NCBI GenBank assembly: GCA_002269645.1
Contig: NIVC01001500.1
Coordinates: 213,935 to 277,934 of the forward strand
Reading direction: 5' to 3'
Source of the DNA: Macrostomum lignano
Taxonomy: Eukaryota
DNA: 64,000 nt
The notes beneath the pieces were generated by a model. That model was not told the origin of the DNA, did not search any database, and saw only the letters and a list, made by a program, of their open reading frames with translations. The first letter of the stretch is position 1; every line of letters starts with the position of its first letter. Of this stretch, positions 1 through 10,184 are shown one piece after another. A program made the translations under genes and the position numbers.

Positions 1-1378
1 AGTTAATAAATTTTTGTTTATTAATACCTTTAAGATAAAATGGTTTTAATTCCCCATCCGCCATTTTAGCCATTAATAACACAATTGGATATTTTATGTC
101 GAGGTTAAAGTGTGCAGCAATTATCTCGTATTTTGTGTTTTCTTTAAAATTGTCTGGTTCTAATTTAAATGCTGCGCATAAATCCTTAATGTATTTAGCA
201 TGGTCGACTTCTTTCTTGTTTTTTTCTATATATGTTTGTATTACTTTTCTTTGTTTTGCAATAGTAATAGTTTTCTGGTGCTCTTGTTCTACAGCTTCTA
301 ATTCTTCTGCAATCTTTGCAAGTGGTTTTAAGAATGGGGTTGTTATATTATTAATCTCTGTAAATTTGTAAATTGGGGGTGCTGTGGCATTCTTTCTAAC
401 TCTTAACACTTCTGGTTTTATATTTTCTGTGCTAATTAATCCCAGCTCTTCTATATTAACATCTTTTGGAATTTTTGCATAAAGCGATGTGCTCTGTGTA
501 AAAAATGTTTTTCCTTGCTTTAAAAATGTTTTATGTGTGCAATTAACGATGGCTTTATTTTTTGGGTCTTGTTCCAATAGGAGGACATTAATGGGGAGCT
601 GGTTATAACTACATGCTGCGATTGCATAATTTAAAAAACTCTCTTTATGCTCTTCTGTTTTATCCACAAGCTTTATCTGTGTACCAATTATCTTACTCGT
701 TAAGGAATTGCCATAATAAGCTATTTGTAAAAAGTCTGGAGATTTAACTATGCAAGAATTAACTATCTCGTTAGAAATTTTACTCCACATTTTAGTAAAG
801 GATACGGAATAAAATTGTAGATATTGTAAATGTTCCTTTTGTTGCAATATAACATCCGTCGCATCTAATAATGGATTAAAGAGTCTGTTATTACCAAAGT
901 AGTTATAATTATAAATTGTTGCTTCCAACCGTGTAAAACCATGCTCCTTAGCAAGTGGATTTAAGAATGTTTCTTTTAATCGTTTATCTGGACAGTTAAT
1001 AAAATTATAAATGTTATTACCAAGAGTCTTTGTTACTCCTCCGGATGTTAGTTGGCAGACAAATTTATTATATATCTTTATCCGACAATTAGAGTATAAC
1101 CAAGTAAGGCAGTCCCTTCCAACAGTTCTATCGTTAGAAACTATTTTGTACTCGTTAGAAAAGATGGCACTAAGTGTGTCCATCGCCTCGTATTTATTAA
1201 AAATACCATTTAAATCTTGTGTTATATCGAAGTCCAACAAATAGTAATAGTCTTGCTTAAGATGTTCTAATAATTGTGGTAATTTATTTAAAAGTTCTTT
1301 TAATTGTATGTCTGCTAATTCTACCTTGTAGGTAACTCCAACATAATCCTTTCCAAAGTTTGCATTAATTCTGTCCAT
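1..1378 (-). CDS. ORF of at least 459 aa running off the window start, with Rep_trans-like (rolling-circle initiator) motifs; absent from the ORF track
   Basis: Hand translation from ATG 1378 is stop-free to base 1: MDRINANFGKDYVGVTYKVEL...LLDFDITQD...RDCLTWLYSNCRIKIYNKF...HGFTRLEATIY. The ORF itself is well supported. The family call rests on the order of motifs DxxxD / IYxK / RxE only. Confidence 0.75.
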   Translation of the reverse strand, partial: MDRINANFGKDYVGVTYKVELADIQLKELLNKLPQLLEHLKQDYYYLLDFDITQDLNGIFNKYEAMDTLSAIFSNEYKIVSNDRTVGRDCLTWLYSNCRIKIYNKFVCQLTSGGVTKTLGNNIYNFINCPDKRLKETFLNPLAKEHGFTRLEATIYNYNYFGNNRLFNPLLDATDVILQQKEHLQYLQFYSVSFTKMWSKISNEIVNSCIVKSPDFLQIAYYGNSLTSKIIGTQIKLVDKTEEHKESFLNYAIAACSYNQLPINVLLLEQDPKNKAIVNCTHKTFLKQGKTFFTQSTSLYAKIPKDVNIEELGLISTENIKPEVLRVRKNATAPPIYKFTEINNITTPFLKPLAKIAEELEAVEQEHQKTITIAKQRKVIQTYIEKNKKEVDHAKYIKDLCAAFKLEPDNFKENTKYEIIAAHFNLDIKYPIVLLMAKMADGELKPFYLKGINKQKFIN

Positions 1379-2370
1379 GTCTTTTGCGATAACCTTTCTA
1401 ATTCCTGCAATCGTCTGCTGGTTAATCGAATCCTCGTGGTGTTGGTATGTAAATTTAGTGCTTGTTTTGCCTTTACAGAATGTGGTTGTGTTACAAAATC
1501 GCGAAAGGCGTCTCGAATAATCGAATTGTAGGCTCCAGTTAGTTGTTCGGTAATTAAAAATCTGGTTGGAATTACATCTCCTTCTTTGTAGTTTCTTATC
1601 GATCGTGCAGATGTTATTTTAATAAGCATTATATTATCGCAAAATATATCGGTTAATGCTACTTGGTCTTTTAGTTTTGGTTCTTTATATGTGTAGTCGA
1701 TTTTACCGACGTCGGATAAAAGGTTATTTTGCTTTAGGTTTTCGATTAGTAATTTGTGCCCTATTCTCTCGAGCAGGGTTTTATCGGTTCCAGATCTAAG
1801 TCCAAAAGCTTTGGGGTCGATTTGGTTTTTCTCTAGTGGGCGTGTTGGTTCTATTGGTTGCTGTGTTGGTTCTATTGGTTGCTGTGTTGGTTCTGTTGGT
1901 TGCTGTGTTGGTTCTGTTGGTTGCTCTATTTCTTCGTCGGAGTCTTCGTCGGAGTCTTCGTCGGAGCGATCTTCTATTTCCTCTGTTTCCTCCATGCTAT
2001 CTTCTATATCTATTATTAGTTCCTCTAGTTCCTCGTTGGAATCGTCTGGAATAAGTTTGCTAATCTTTGTAAGATAATTAGTACCTATTTCTAGCATTTC
2101 CTTTAGAAGAGTAATATCTCTTGTTATGGTTGCCATCGATATGGAACATAACCACGTGTTTATCCCATCTAATATATTAATATTATTAATATCCTTTAGC
2201 TGTTTATCGATTAAAACATTTAAATTATATATATTTTTTTCTATTTGTGGCTCTATGGTGTAATGCGATATAGAGATATCTATTAACCTATTAATATTTA
2301 TTATTTCTTTTTTTATGGAATGTAGTAAGATTTTGTCGAATTGGTTTTCGCTAAAATTATTTGTGTCCAT
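1321..2370 (-). CDS. Hypothetical protein (about 349 aa) with acidic tract and QQP(T/I)EPT repeats
   Basis: Long ORF with ATG at 2370 (MDTNNF...). Internal 21-bp repeats (1845-1925) and 12-bp repeats (1930-1965) are in frame. Confidence 0.7.
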   Translation of the reverse strand: MDTNNFSENQFDKILLHSIKKEIININRLIDISISHYTIEPQIEKNIYNLNVLIDKQLKDINNINILDGINTWLCSISMATITRDITLLKEMLEIGTNYLTKISKLIPDDSNEELEELIIDIEDSMEETEEIEDRSDEDSDEDSDEEIEQPTEPTQQPTEPTQQPIEPTQQPIEPTRPLEKNQIDPKAFGLRSGTDKTLLERIGHKLLIENLKQNNLLSDVGKIDYTYKEPKLKDQVALTDIFCDNIMLIKITSARSIRNYKEGDVIPTRFLITEQLTGAYNSIIRDAFRDFVTQPHSVKAKQALNLHTNTTRIRLTSRRLQELERLSQKTWTELMQTLERIMLELPTR

Positions 2371-2404
2371 TTTTATAGATAAAAAAATTAACAATTTCTT
2401 ATTT

Positions 2405-3064
2405 TTAGATATCTGTTTCCTCCGGTGTTGGTAGAAGGCTGTTAATATCTTCTACTATTTCTTTTAGTAATTTAATATTATTATGTAGAAATATAAGATC
2501 TTCTTTAACTTTATTTCTTATCTCCTTCGGGTCGTACCGTAAGTTCGCAGCGTTTGTCCTATCGGGCGAAGGCCGCGACCCTTCGGGGCGATCGTTTGTA
2601 AAAGTAAGTAAATAATTAACCATTTGTTTAATCTGTTGGAGCTTAGTACCATATTGTATGGTTGTAATAATTCCCGCTTTATATAAACTTAAAGATTCTT
2701 TATAAATTCTTTTTTGTCTTTCTGCTTCCGTTTGGACTTTTTCTTTCTTTTCTTTTTCTCTAATTTTAATAACATATTGGTTAGTTGTAGACCATAATTC
2801 TGTTAACAGATATATGCTGTTATTTAATATTGCAATATCTAAGCCCTCCATCCAGTCTTCTAAACCATCTGGAATTTGCTTCTGCATCTCTGTATTGTTT
2901 TTTAATAATGTACTTAACTCTTTTAGAGATTGTGGTAGTTGTGGCAAAATGCGATTGCAGTCTATCGATCCTTCGATGGTGGCCTTTATTTTTTTTATTG
3001 CTCTTTTTAACATTTTTAAAGTGTGTTTATCGCAGTGGTTACCGCCAAAATTATCTCTGTCCAT
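2405..3064 (-). CDS. Hypothetical helical/coiled-coil protein (219 aa) of the element
   Basis: ATG-initiated ORF, co-oriented with and 35 bp from the next gene, with AT-rich codon usage. Confidence 0.7.
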   Translation of the reverse strand: MDRDNFGGNHCDKHTLKMLKRAIKKIKATIEGSIDCNRILPQLPQSLKELSTLLKNNTEMQKQIPDGLEDWMEGLDIAILNNSIYLLTELWSTTNQYVIKIREKEKKEKVQTEAERQKRIYKESLSLYKAGIITTIQYGTKLQQIKQMVNYLLTFTNDRPEGSRPSPDRTNAANLRYDPKEIRNKVKEDLIFLHNNIKLLKEIVEDINSLLPTPEETDI

Positions 3065-3102
3065 TTTTATGGAAAAAAATTTAAAGTTTTAGAGGTAGTA
3101 TG

Positions 3103-4913
3103 GTTTCCGGTTGCTATTGTGGATTCCGGTTGCTGTTATGGATTCCGGTTGCTGTTATGGATTCCGGTTGCTATTGTGGATTCCGGTTGCTATTGTGGAT
3201 TCCGGTTGCTGTTATGGATTCCGGTTGCTGTTATGGATTCCGGTTTCTGTTATGGATTCCGGGTTCTGTTATGGATTTTGGTTTTTGTTATGGATTTCGG
3301 TTGCTATTGTGGATTCTGGTTTCTATTGTGGATTCCGGTTTCTGTTATGGATTCCGGTTTTTGTTATGGATTCCGATTACTAATATGGCTTCCGGTTTCT
3401 GTTATGGATTCCGGGTTCTGTTATGGATTTTGGTTTTTGTTATGGATTTTGGTTGCTATTGTGGATTCCGGTTTCTGTTATGGATTCCGGTTTTTGTTAT
3501 GGATTCCGATTACTAATATGGCTTCCGGTTTCTGTTATGGATTTTGGTTGGTGTTATGGATTCCGGGTTCTGTTATGGATTCCGGTTTCTGTTATGGATT
3601 CCGGGTTCTGTTATGGATTCCGGTTTCTGTTATGGATTCCGGTTTCTGTTGTGGATTCCGGTTTCTGTTATGGATTCCGGTTTCTATTATGGATTCCGGT
3701 TTCTGTTATGGATTCCGGTTTTTGTTATGGATTCCGATTACTAATATGGCTTCCGGTTTCTGTTATGGATTCCGGGTTCTGTTATGGATTCCGGTTTCTG
3801 TTATGGATTCCGGGTTCTGTTATGGATTCCGGGTTCTGTTATGGATTCCGGTTGCTATTGTGGATTCCGGTTGCTGTTATGGATTCCGATTACTAATATG
3901 GCTTCCGGTTTCTGTTATGGATTCCGGGTTCTGTTATGGATTCCGGTTTCTGTTATGGATTCCGGGTTCTGTTATGGATTCCGGTTTCTGTTATGGATTC
4001 CGGTTTCTGTTATGGATTCCGGTTTCTGTTATGGATTCCGGTTTCTATTATGGATTCCGGTTTCTGTTATGGATTCCGGTTGCTGTTATGGATTTTGGTT
4101 GGTGTTATGGATTCCGGTTTTTGTTATGGATTCCGATTACTAATATGGCTTCCGGTTTCTGTTATGGATTTTGGTTGGTGTTATGGATTTTGGTTGGTGT
4201 TATGGATTCCGGTTGCTGTTATGGATTTTGGTTGGTGTTATGGATTTTGGTTGGTGTTATGGATTCCGGTTGCTGTTATGGATTCCGGTTGCTGTTATGG
4301 ATTCCGGTTGCTGTTATGGATTCCGGTTGCTGTTATGGATTTCGGTTGCTATTGTGGATTTCGGTTGCTATTGTGGATTTCGGTTGCTATTGTGGATTTC
4401 GGTTGCTATTGTGGATTTCGGTTGCTATTGTGGATTTCGGTTGCTATTGTGGATTTCGGTTGCTATTGTGGATTTCGGTTGCTATTGTGGATTTCGGTTG
4501 CTATTGTGGATTTCGGTTGCTATTGTGGATTTCGGTTGCTATTGTGGATTTCGGTTGCTATTGTGGATTTCGGTTGCTATTGTGGATTTCGGTTGCTATT
4601 GTGGATTTCGGTTGCTATTGTGGATTTCGGTTGCTATTGTGGATTTCGGTTGCTATTGTGGATTTCGGTTGCTATTGTGGATTTCGGTTGCTATTGTGGA
4701 TTTCGGTTGCTATTGTGGATTTCGGTTGCTATTGTGGATTTCGGTTGCTATTGTGGATTTCGGTTGCTATTGTGGATTTCGGTTGCTATTGTGGATTTCG
4801 GTTGCTATTGTGGATTTCGGTTGCTATTGTGGATTTCGGTTGCTATTGTGGATTTCGGTTGCTATTGTGGATTTCGGTTGCTATTGTGGATTTCGGTTGC
4901 TATTGTGGATTTC
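3103..4913. repeat. 19-bp minisatellite, about 95 units (GGATTTCGGTTGCTATTGT and variants)
   Basis: Variant units at 3103-4335 (GGATTCCGGTTTCTGTTAT etc.) and a homogeneous perfect run at about 4336-4913. Confidence 0.97.
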
Positions 4914-5785
4914 GGTACGATCGAGCCGAAGGTTCGCGTGCCTATGGTGCGATTCTGTGGACGTTAGTTTGGAGCTTATGTGGAATTAATTATGGATTTA
5001 TGTGTTATTTTTGTGGATTAAAAATTTTTGGATTTAGATATTGTTTTTTATGGAGGCTTTTTTAATTTTCTTTTGCGATTTGTATGTTTTTATAACGATT
5101 TTAGCTGTTTTAAGACATTTTTGCTTTCGATATGGCAAATTTTGCTGTTTTTAAAATCGGTTTTTTTAAGCCTAAATTTTGCGATTTTTTGGTGTTTTTA
5201 GCGATTTTTAAGCCATTTTTGCTAATTTTAAGCTGTTTTTTAAACACCCAATTTCGCCGAAACTGAAAAGGGTGGGGGGTGTTAAGTGCATTATTTGATT
5301 AGATGTATTAATGGTGTTTAGATGTGTTTTTTTATTTACCCCCCGTGTCCCCCCTCTAGACCCTCAAAACGGTCATTAAAAAAGTGCTCTGGGTCCAGAA
5401 GCGTCTTTTTCTATACTACTTAAGTAGGTTGATATATTACATTCAAAATATAAACAAAAATGCTGTTCGTAGTAATACAAAATAAAACAAAAACACAGGA
5501 TCGATGGGGAGAATGAGGAAAAGCAAACGGGAATACAAGACAATTGACGAACTTACCTAAAATGGCTGAAGCGCCTCGTCATCTAATTGAAAAAAAAACT
5601 CGCCACTCAGCATGCATAATGAAATGAAAATCAGCGAGATTGTTAAAAACAACTAAAATAATTAGCCGCTCAATCAGTCTGATCGGCGTTTTGTTTTTTT
5701 GTCGTCATTTTCCGAATTGCTCTCGACGACTTCGTTGACGGGACCAGCCTGGGCGGGGTCATTAGGAAATGGGATTGTGTTCAGA

Positions 5786-5929
5786 TGAGATTCTATTCAT
5801 AATGGGTGAGATTCTATTCATAATGGGTGAGATTCTATTCATAATGGGTGAGATTCTATTCATAATGGGTGAAATTCTATTCATATTGGATGAGATTCTA
5901 TTCATATTGGATGAGATTCTATTCATAAT
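5786..5929. repeat. 21-bp tandem repeat, about 7 units (GAGATTCTATTCATAATGGGT), in HS2ST intron 1
   Basis: Direct reading. It begins about 20 bp inside the donor site. Confidence 0.95.
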
Positions 5930-5952
5930 CGATGAATGAGCCGACAATTCAC

Positions 5953-6374
5953 CTGCCAAAGTCCAGATATGCCACGTGGCCGTGAACCATCATTGGCTGC
6001 ATCTCTCGCCAACCAGTGAGATTGTGCACCAGAGCCGCCTGATTGGCCAGCGTCAGCACGTGCTGATTACGGCTGGTACTAATGTGAATCACGTGAATCT
6101 GGTTTGACCAGCACAGATCGTACGCCATGTTAACAAAACTTGTGCTGCCAGTTTTAGGTACCCGATTGTAGACTATTAGACTTGGAATCGAACTTTTTGA
6201 CTGTTGGATTGGCGAATTAAAGGTCTGTACAACTTGATGGGGCTGAGACTGAGGCTGCTCATCCAGACGATTTCGGCTAAGGGTCACGATGAGCAGCAGA
6301 CAAATCAGGCAGACGGCTGCCACAGGCCAACGCTGTCGCCAAACGAATGAACAGAAACGAACCATAGACGGCAT
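5953..6374 (-). CDS. HS2ST1: Heparan sulfate 2-O-sulfotransferase, first coding exon
   Basis: Type II membrane anchor, then IVYNRVPKTGSTSFVNMAYDL (5'-PSB motif) and HGHVAYLDF. Donor AG|GTGAAT at 5953/5952. Confidence 0.92.
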
Positions 6375-6596
6375 GATATCGGCTTTGTTTGTTTACGTGC
6401 ACAAATATCTACTTTCAGTGTTGCAACTGAATAGTAGTAGAATATGTAATAACTACTATTCAGCTGTTATTCACATCCATGCAAAATTGAGAGAAATTTT
6501 ATTACAAATATTTGTAAGCGACTGTCATTAGTATTAATCCTGTCATAAGACTATATAAATATTCCGAGTGTAAATGATATTATAATCCTATTAGAA

Positions 6597-8302
6597 TGGA
6601 ATCGGCGCTAAAACTGTCACAGACTGTTGAATTCGGCGCTAAAACTGTCACAGACTGTTGAATTCGGCGCTAAAACTGTCACAGACTGTTGAATTCGGCG
6701 CTAAAACTGTCACAGACTGTTGAATTCGGCGCTAAAACTGTCACAGACTGTTGAATTCGGCGCTAAAACTATAAGAGACTGTTGGATTCGGCGCTAAAAC
6801 TATTAGAGACTGTTGGATTCGGCGCTAAAACTATCAGAGACTGTTGGATTCGGCGCTAAAACTATTAGAGACTGTTAGAATCGGCGATAAGACAGCCACA
6901 CACTGTTGGAATCGGCGCTAAAACTATCAAACTTTTGGAATCGGTGCTAAAACTATCAGACTGTTGGATTCGGTGCTAAAACTGTCAGAGACTGTTAGAA
7001 TCGGCGCTAAAACTATCAGACTGTTGGATTCGGTGCTAAAACTGTCAGAGACTGTTAAAAATCGGCGCTAAAACTATCAGAGACTGTTGGATTCGGCGCT
7101 AAAACTATCAGACTGTTGGATTCGGTGCTAAAACTATCAGACTGTTGGATTCGGCGCTAAAACTGTCAGAGACTGTTAGAATCGGCGCTAAAACTATCAG
7201 ACTGTTGGATTCGGTGCTAAAACTGTCAGAGACTGTTAGAATCGGCGCTAAAACTATCAGAGACTGTTGGATTCGGCGCTAAAACTATCAGACTGTTGGA
7301 TTCGGTGCTAAAACTGTCAGAGACTGTTAGAATCGGCGCTAAAACTATCAGACTGTTGGATTCGGTGCTAAAACTGTCAGAGACTGTTAGAATCGGCGCT
7401 AAAACTATCAGAGACTGTTGGATTCGGCGCTAAAACTATCAGACTGTTGGATTCGGTGCTAAAACTATCAGACTGTTGGATTCGGTGCTAAAACTGTCAG
7501 AGACTGTTAGAATCGGCGCTAAAACTATCAGAGACTGTTGGATTCGGCGCTAAAACTATTAGACTGTTGGATTCGGTGCTAAAACTATCAGACTGTTGGA
7601 TTCGGCGCTAAAACTATCAGACTGTTGGATTCGGTGCTAAAACTATCAGACTGTTGGATTCGGCGCTAAAACTATCAGACTGTTGGAATCGGTGCTAAAA
7701 CTGTCAGACTGTTGGATTCGGTGCTAAAACTATCAGACTGTTGGATTCGGCGCTAAAACTATCAGACTGTTGGAATCGGTGCTAAAACTATCAGACTGTT
7801 GGAATCGGCGCTAAAACTATCAGACTGTTGGATTCGGTGCTAAAACTGTCAGAGACTGTTAGAATCGGCGCTAAAACTATCAGAGACTGTTGGATTCGGC
7901 GCTAAAACTATCAGACTGTTGGATTCGGTGCTAAAACTATCAGACTGTTGGATTCGGTGCTAAAACTATCAGACTGTTGGAATCGGTGCTAAACTGTCAG
8001 AGACTGTTAGAATCGGCGCTAAAACTATCAGAGACTGTTGGATTCGGCGCTAAAACTATTAGAGACTGTTAGAATCGGCGCTAAAACTATCAGAGACTGT
8101 TAGAATCGGCGCTAAAACTATTAGAGACTGTTAGAATCGGCGCTAAAACTGTTAGAGACTGTTAGAATCGGCGCTAAAACTGACAGGCCGTTGGATTCGG
8201 CGCTAAAACTATCAGACTGTTGGAATTGGCGCTAAAACAGCCACACACTGTTGGAATCGGCGCTAAAACAGCCAGACTGTTGGAATCGGCGCTAAAACTG
8301 TT
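6597..8302. repeat. 29/31-bp minisatellite (GTTGGATTCGGCGCTAAAACTATCAGA(GA)CT), about 55 units
   Basis: Direct reading, with higher-order alternation of 29- and 31-bp variants. It lies between SPSB3 and HS2ST. Confidence 0.96.
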
Positions 8303-8608
8303 ATGAACCGTCGGTTTAGTTTTCTAGACTAATATTTAAGGTGCTGTAGATGTTTATGAAAGTAACAATGAACAAAATAACTGGAACTTGCAGCTAACTG
8401 CACTGTTAATATATTAACAAGCTGCACTATTTTAACATAAAATTAACACAGACAACAAAAAACCTGTTGTAGGGATACTTGCAACAGCATCGCAAACATA
8501 TTAACACAAGGAGCAACTAAGCAGAAATAAATACAAACAAGCCCGTTGGGAATCACAGTAAAAGCCAGCGGCAATCAAGAGTATTCGATGCTAGTCTTAA
8601 CTCAGTGC

Positions 8609-8768
8609 CTATGCTAAAGCTGATCCCGGCCCAGCAGCATCATCATCTTCATCTAACCGTCGCCGCTTTGAAACCGACGCAGTGCCGGATTCGGCGTCAA
8701 TGTCATCTTCGACATCGTCGTTGGAAGTAGACGCGGCAGCTGTGGATCTTGCTGATGGACCATTGTGC
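8609..8768 (-). CDS. SPSB3: SPSB3-like gene, terminal exon (acidic tail with SKRRR)
   Basis: TTGCAG acceptor, phase 2 matching the upstream donor; reads HNGPSARS...KRRRLDEDDD...ALA* with TAG at 8609-8611. Confidence 0.75.
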
Positions 8769-8899
8769 CTGCAAGTTGAAGCGCGGATGATGTATTGTTA
8801 AAAGATAATAGACACATTAACCATCGGATCGGCTTTTTCTGCTTCTACTCAGTCTGCTTCATTGGCCTCGTCATGTCCAAATCCACCATCGATAGCTCA

Positions 8900-9737
8900 G
8901 CTATCCAATCCACCCCACCGTTAGCTTAGCTACTCCAATCCACCCCATAGCTACCCCAATCCTCCCCTTAGCTACCCCATCCACCCATAGCTACCCCAAT
9001 TCACCCATAGCTACCCCATCCACCCATAGCTACCCCATCCACCCATAGCTACCCCATCCACCCATAGCTACCCCATCCACCCATAGCTACCCCAATCCTC
9101 CCCATAGCTACCCCAATCCTCCCCTTAGCTACCCCATCCACCCATAGCTACCCCAATCCACCCATAGCTACCCCATCCACCCATAGCTACCCCATCCACC
9201 CATAGCTACCCCAATCCTCCCCATAGCTACCCCAATCCTCCCCTTAGCTACCCCATCCACCCATAGCTACCCCAATCCACCCATAGCTACCCCATCCACC
9301 CATAGCTACCCCATCCACCCATAGCTACCCCAATCCTCCCCTTAGCTACCCCATCCACCCATAGCTACCCCATCCACCCATAGCTACCCCATAGCTACCC
9401 CAATCCTCCCCTTAGCTACCCCAATCCACCCTATAGCTACCCCTAATCCACCCCATAGCTACCCCAATCCACCCATAGCTACCCCTAATCCACCCATAGC
9501 TACCCCATCCACCCCACAGCTACTCAGTCCACCCCATAGCTACCCCATCCACCCATAGCTACCCCATCCACCCCACAGCTACCCAGTCCACCCCATAGCT
9601 ACCCCATCCACCCATAGCTACCCCAATCCACCCCACAGCTACCCCATCCACCCCACAGCTACCCAGTCCACCCCATAGCTACCCCATCCACCCATAGCTA
9701 CCCCAATCCACCCCACAGCTACCCCAATCCACCCCAT
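8900..9737. repeat. 19-21-bp C-rich minisatellite (TAGCTACCCCATCCACCCA) filling the last SPSB3 intron
   Basis: Direct reading; G-run rich on the transcribed (minus) strand. Confidence 0.95.
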
Positions 9738-9744
9738 TGCTCAC

Positions 9745-10092
9745 CTGTACGCAGGCCATATAAGGTAGGGCAGGTTGTTAGTAAGCAGGCTGACCAAGCC
9801 AGGCGGCAGTGTCAAGGCCTCTGTAACGCAGAGCCTATCCGGTATGAGATGTCGCAGAGCCCTGCAGCTAAGCGCCTGCAGAGTGATTGGCAGACTAAGC
9901 GCCCGGATTAGTTTAACGCCACTCTTAGCCGCCGTGCTGCACACGGCCGGATACATTGGCGCCTTGAGACCGCGAGCGGCCACGCCAAGGCACTGGCGAT
10001 TTAGAAAATAGGTAAGGGTGCCGTGCCAGAGGTCCAGGAGGAGGCCAACAATGGCGCCTTGGCCGAATGGTCTGCAGAATTCGCGTTTTTGC
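9745..10092 (-). CDS. SPSB3: SPSB3-like gene, exon with SPRY C-terminus and SOCS box
   Basis: FGQGAIVGLLLDLWHGTLTYFLNRQCLGVAA...YPAVCSTAAKS...LQALSCRALR...LPPGL. CTCAG acceptor, GTGAGC donor, phase 2-2. Confidence 0.93.
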
Positions 10093-10184
10093 CTGAGGCG
10101 CGATTTCAAGAGGATAGGGGAGTTCTTTTCATTTGTTTCGAGGCGCAAAACTGGGTTTAGGATACTTGAACACTTGCATATATG

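Larger units (their letters stand above)
1..5420 (-). mobile_element. Terminal 5.4 kb of an AT-rich Polinton/Maverick-like element (rest lies beyond the window start)
   Basis: Ends at ...ctatactact (5411-5420), i.e. 5'-AGTAGTATAG on the minus strand, the typical Polinton terminus. It is followed inward by a subterminal tandem array and compact intronless AT-rich ORFs. No hallmark gene (pPolB, integrase, capsid) is inside the window, so the class is inferred. Confidence 0.6.

Noticed and set aside
1-3064. Bacterial or phage contamination as the source of the AT-rich operon-like ORFs
   Set aside because: Contiguous with an intron of a spliced animal gene through a transposon-type terminus, and no Shine-Dalgarno motifs are evident; chimeric assembly should still be excluded with long reads.
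3023-5065. 680-aa and overlapping plus-strand ORFs (GFRLLLWI... repeats)
   Set aside because: Product of a stop-free 19-bp minisatellite read in all three frames, antisense to the real genes.
6597-8302. CRISPR-like appearance of about 30-bp repeats
   Set aside because: Units are contiguous with no unique spacers and no cas genes, in a eukaryotic context.
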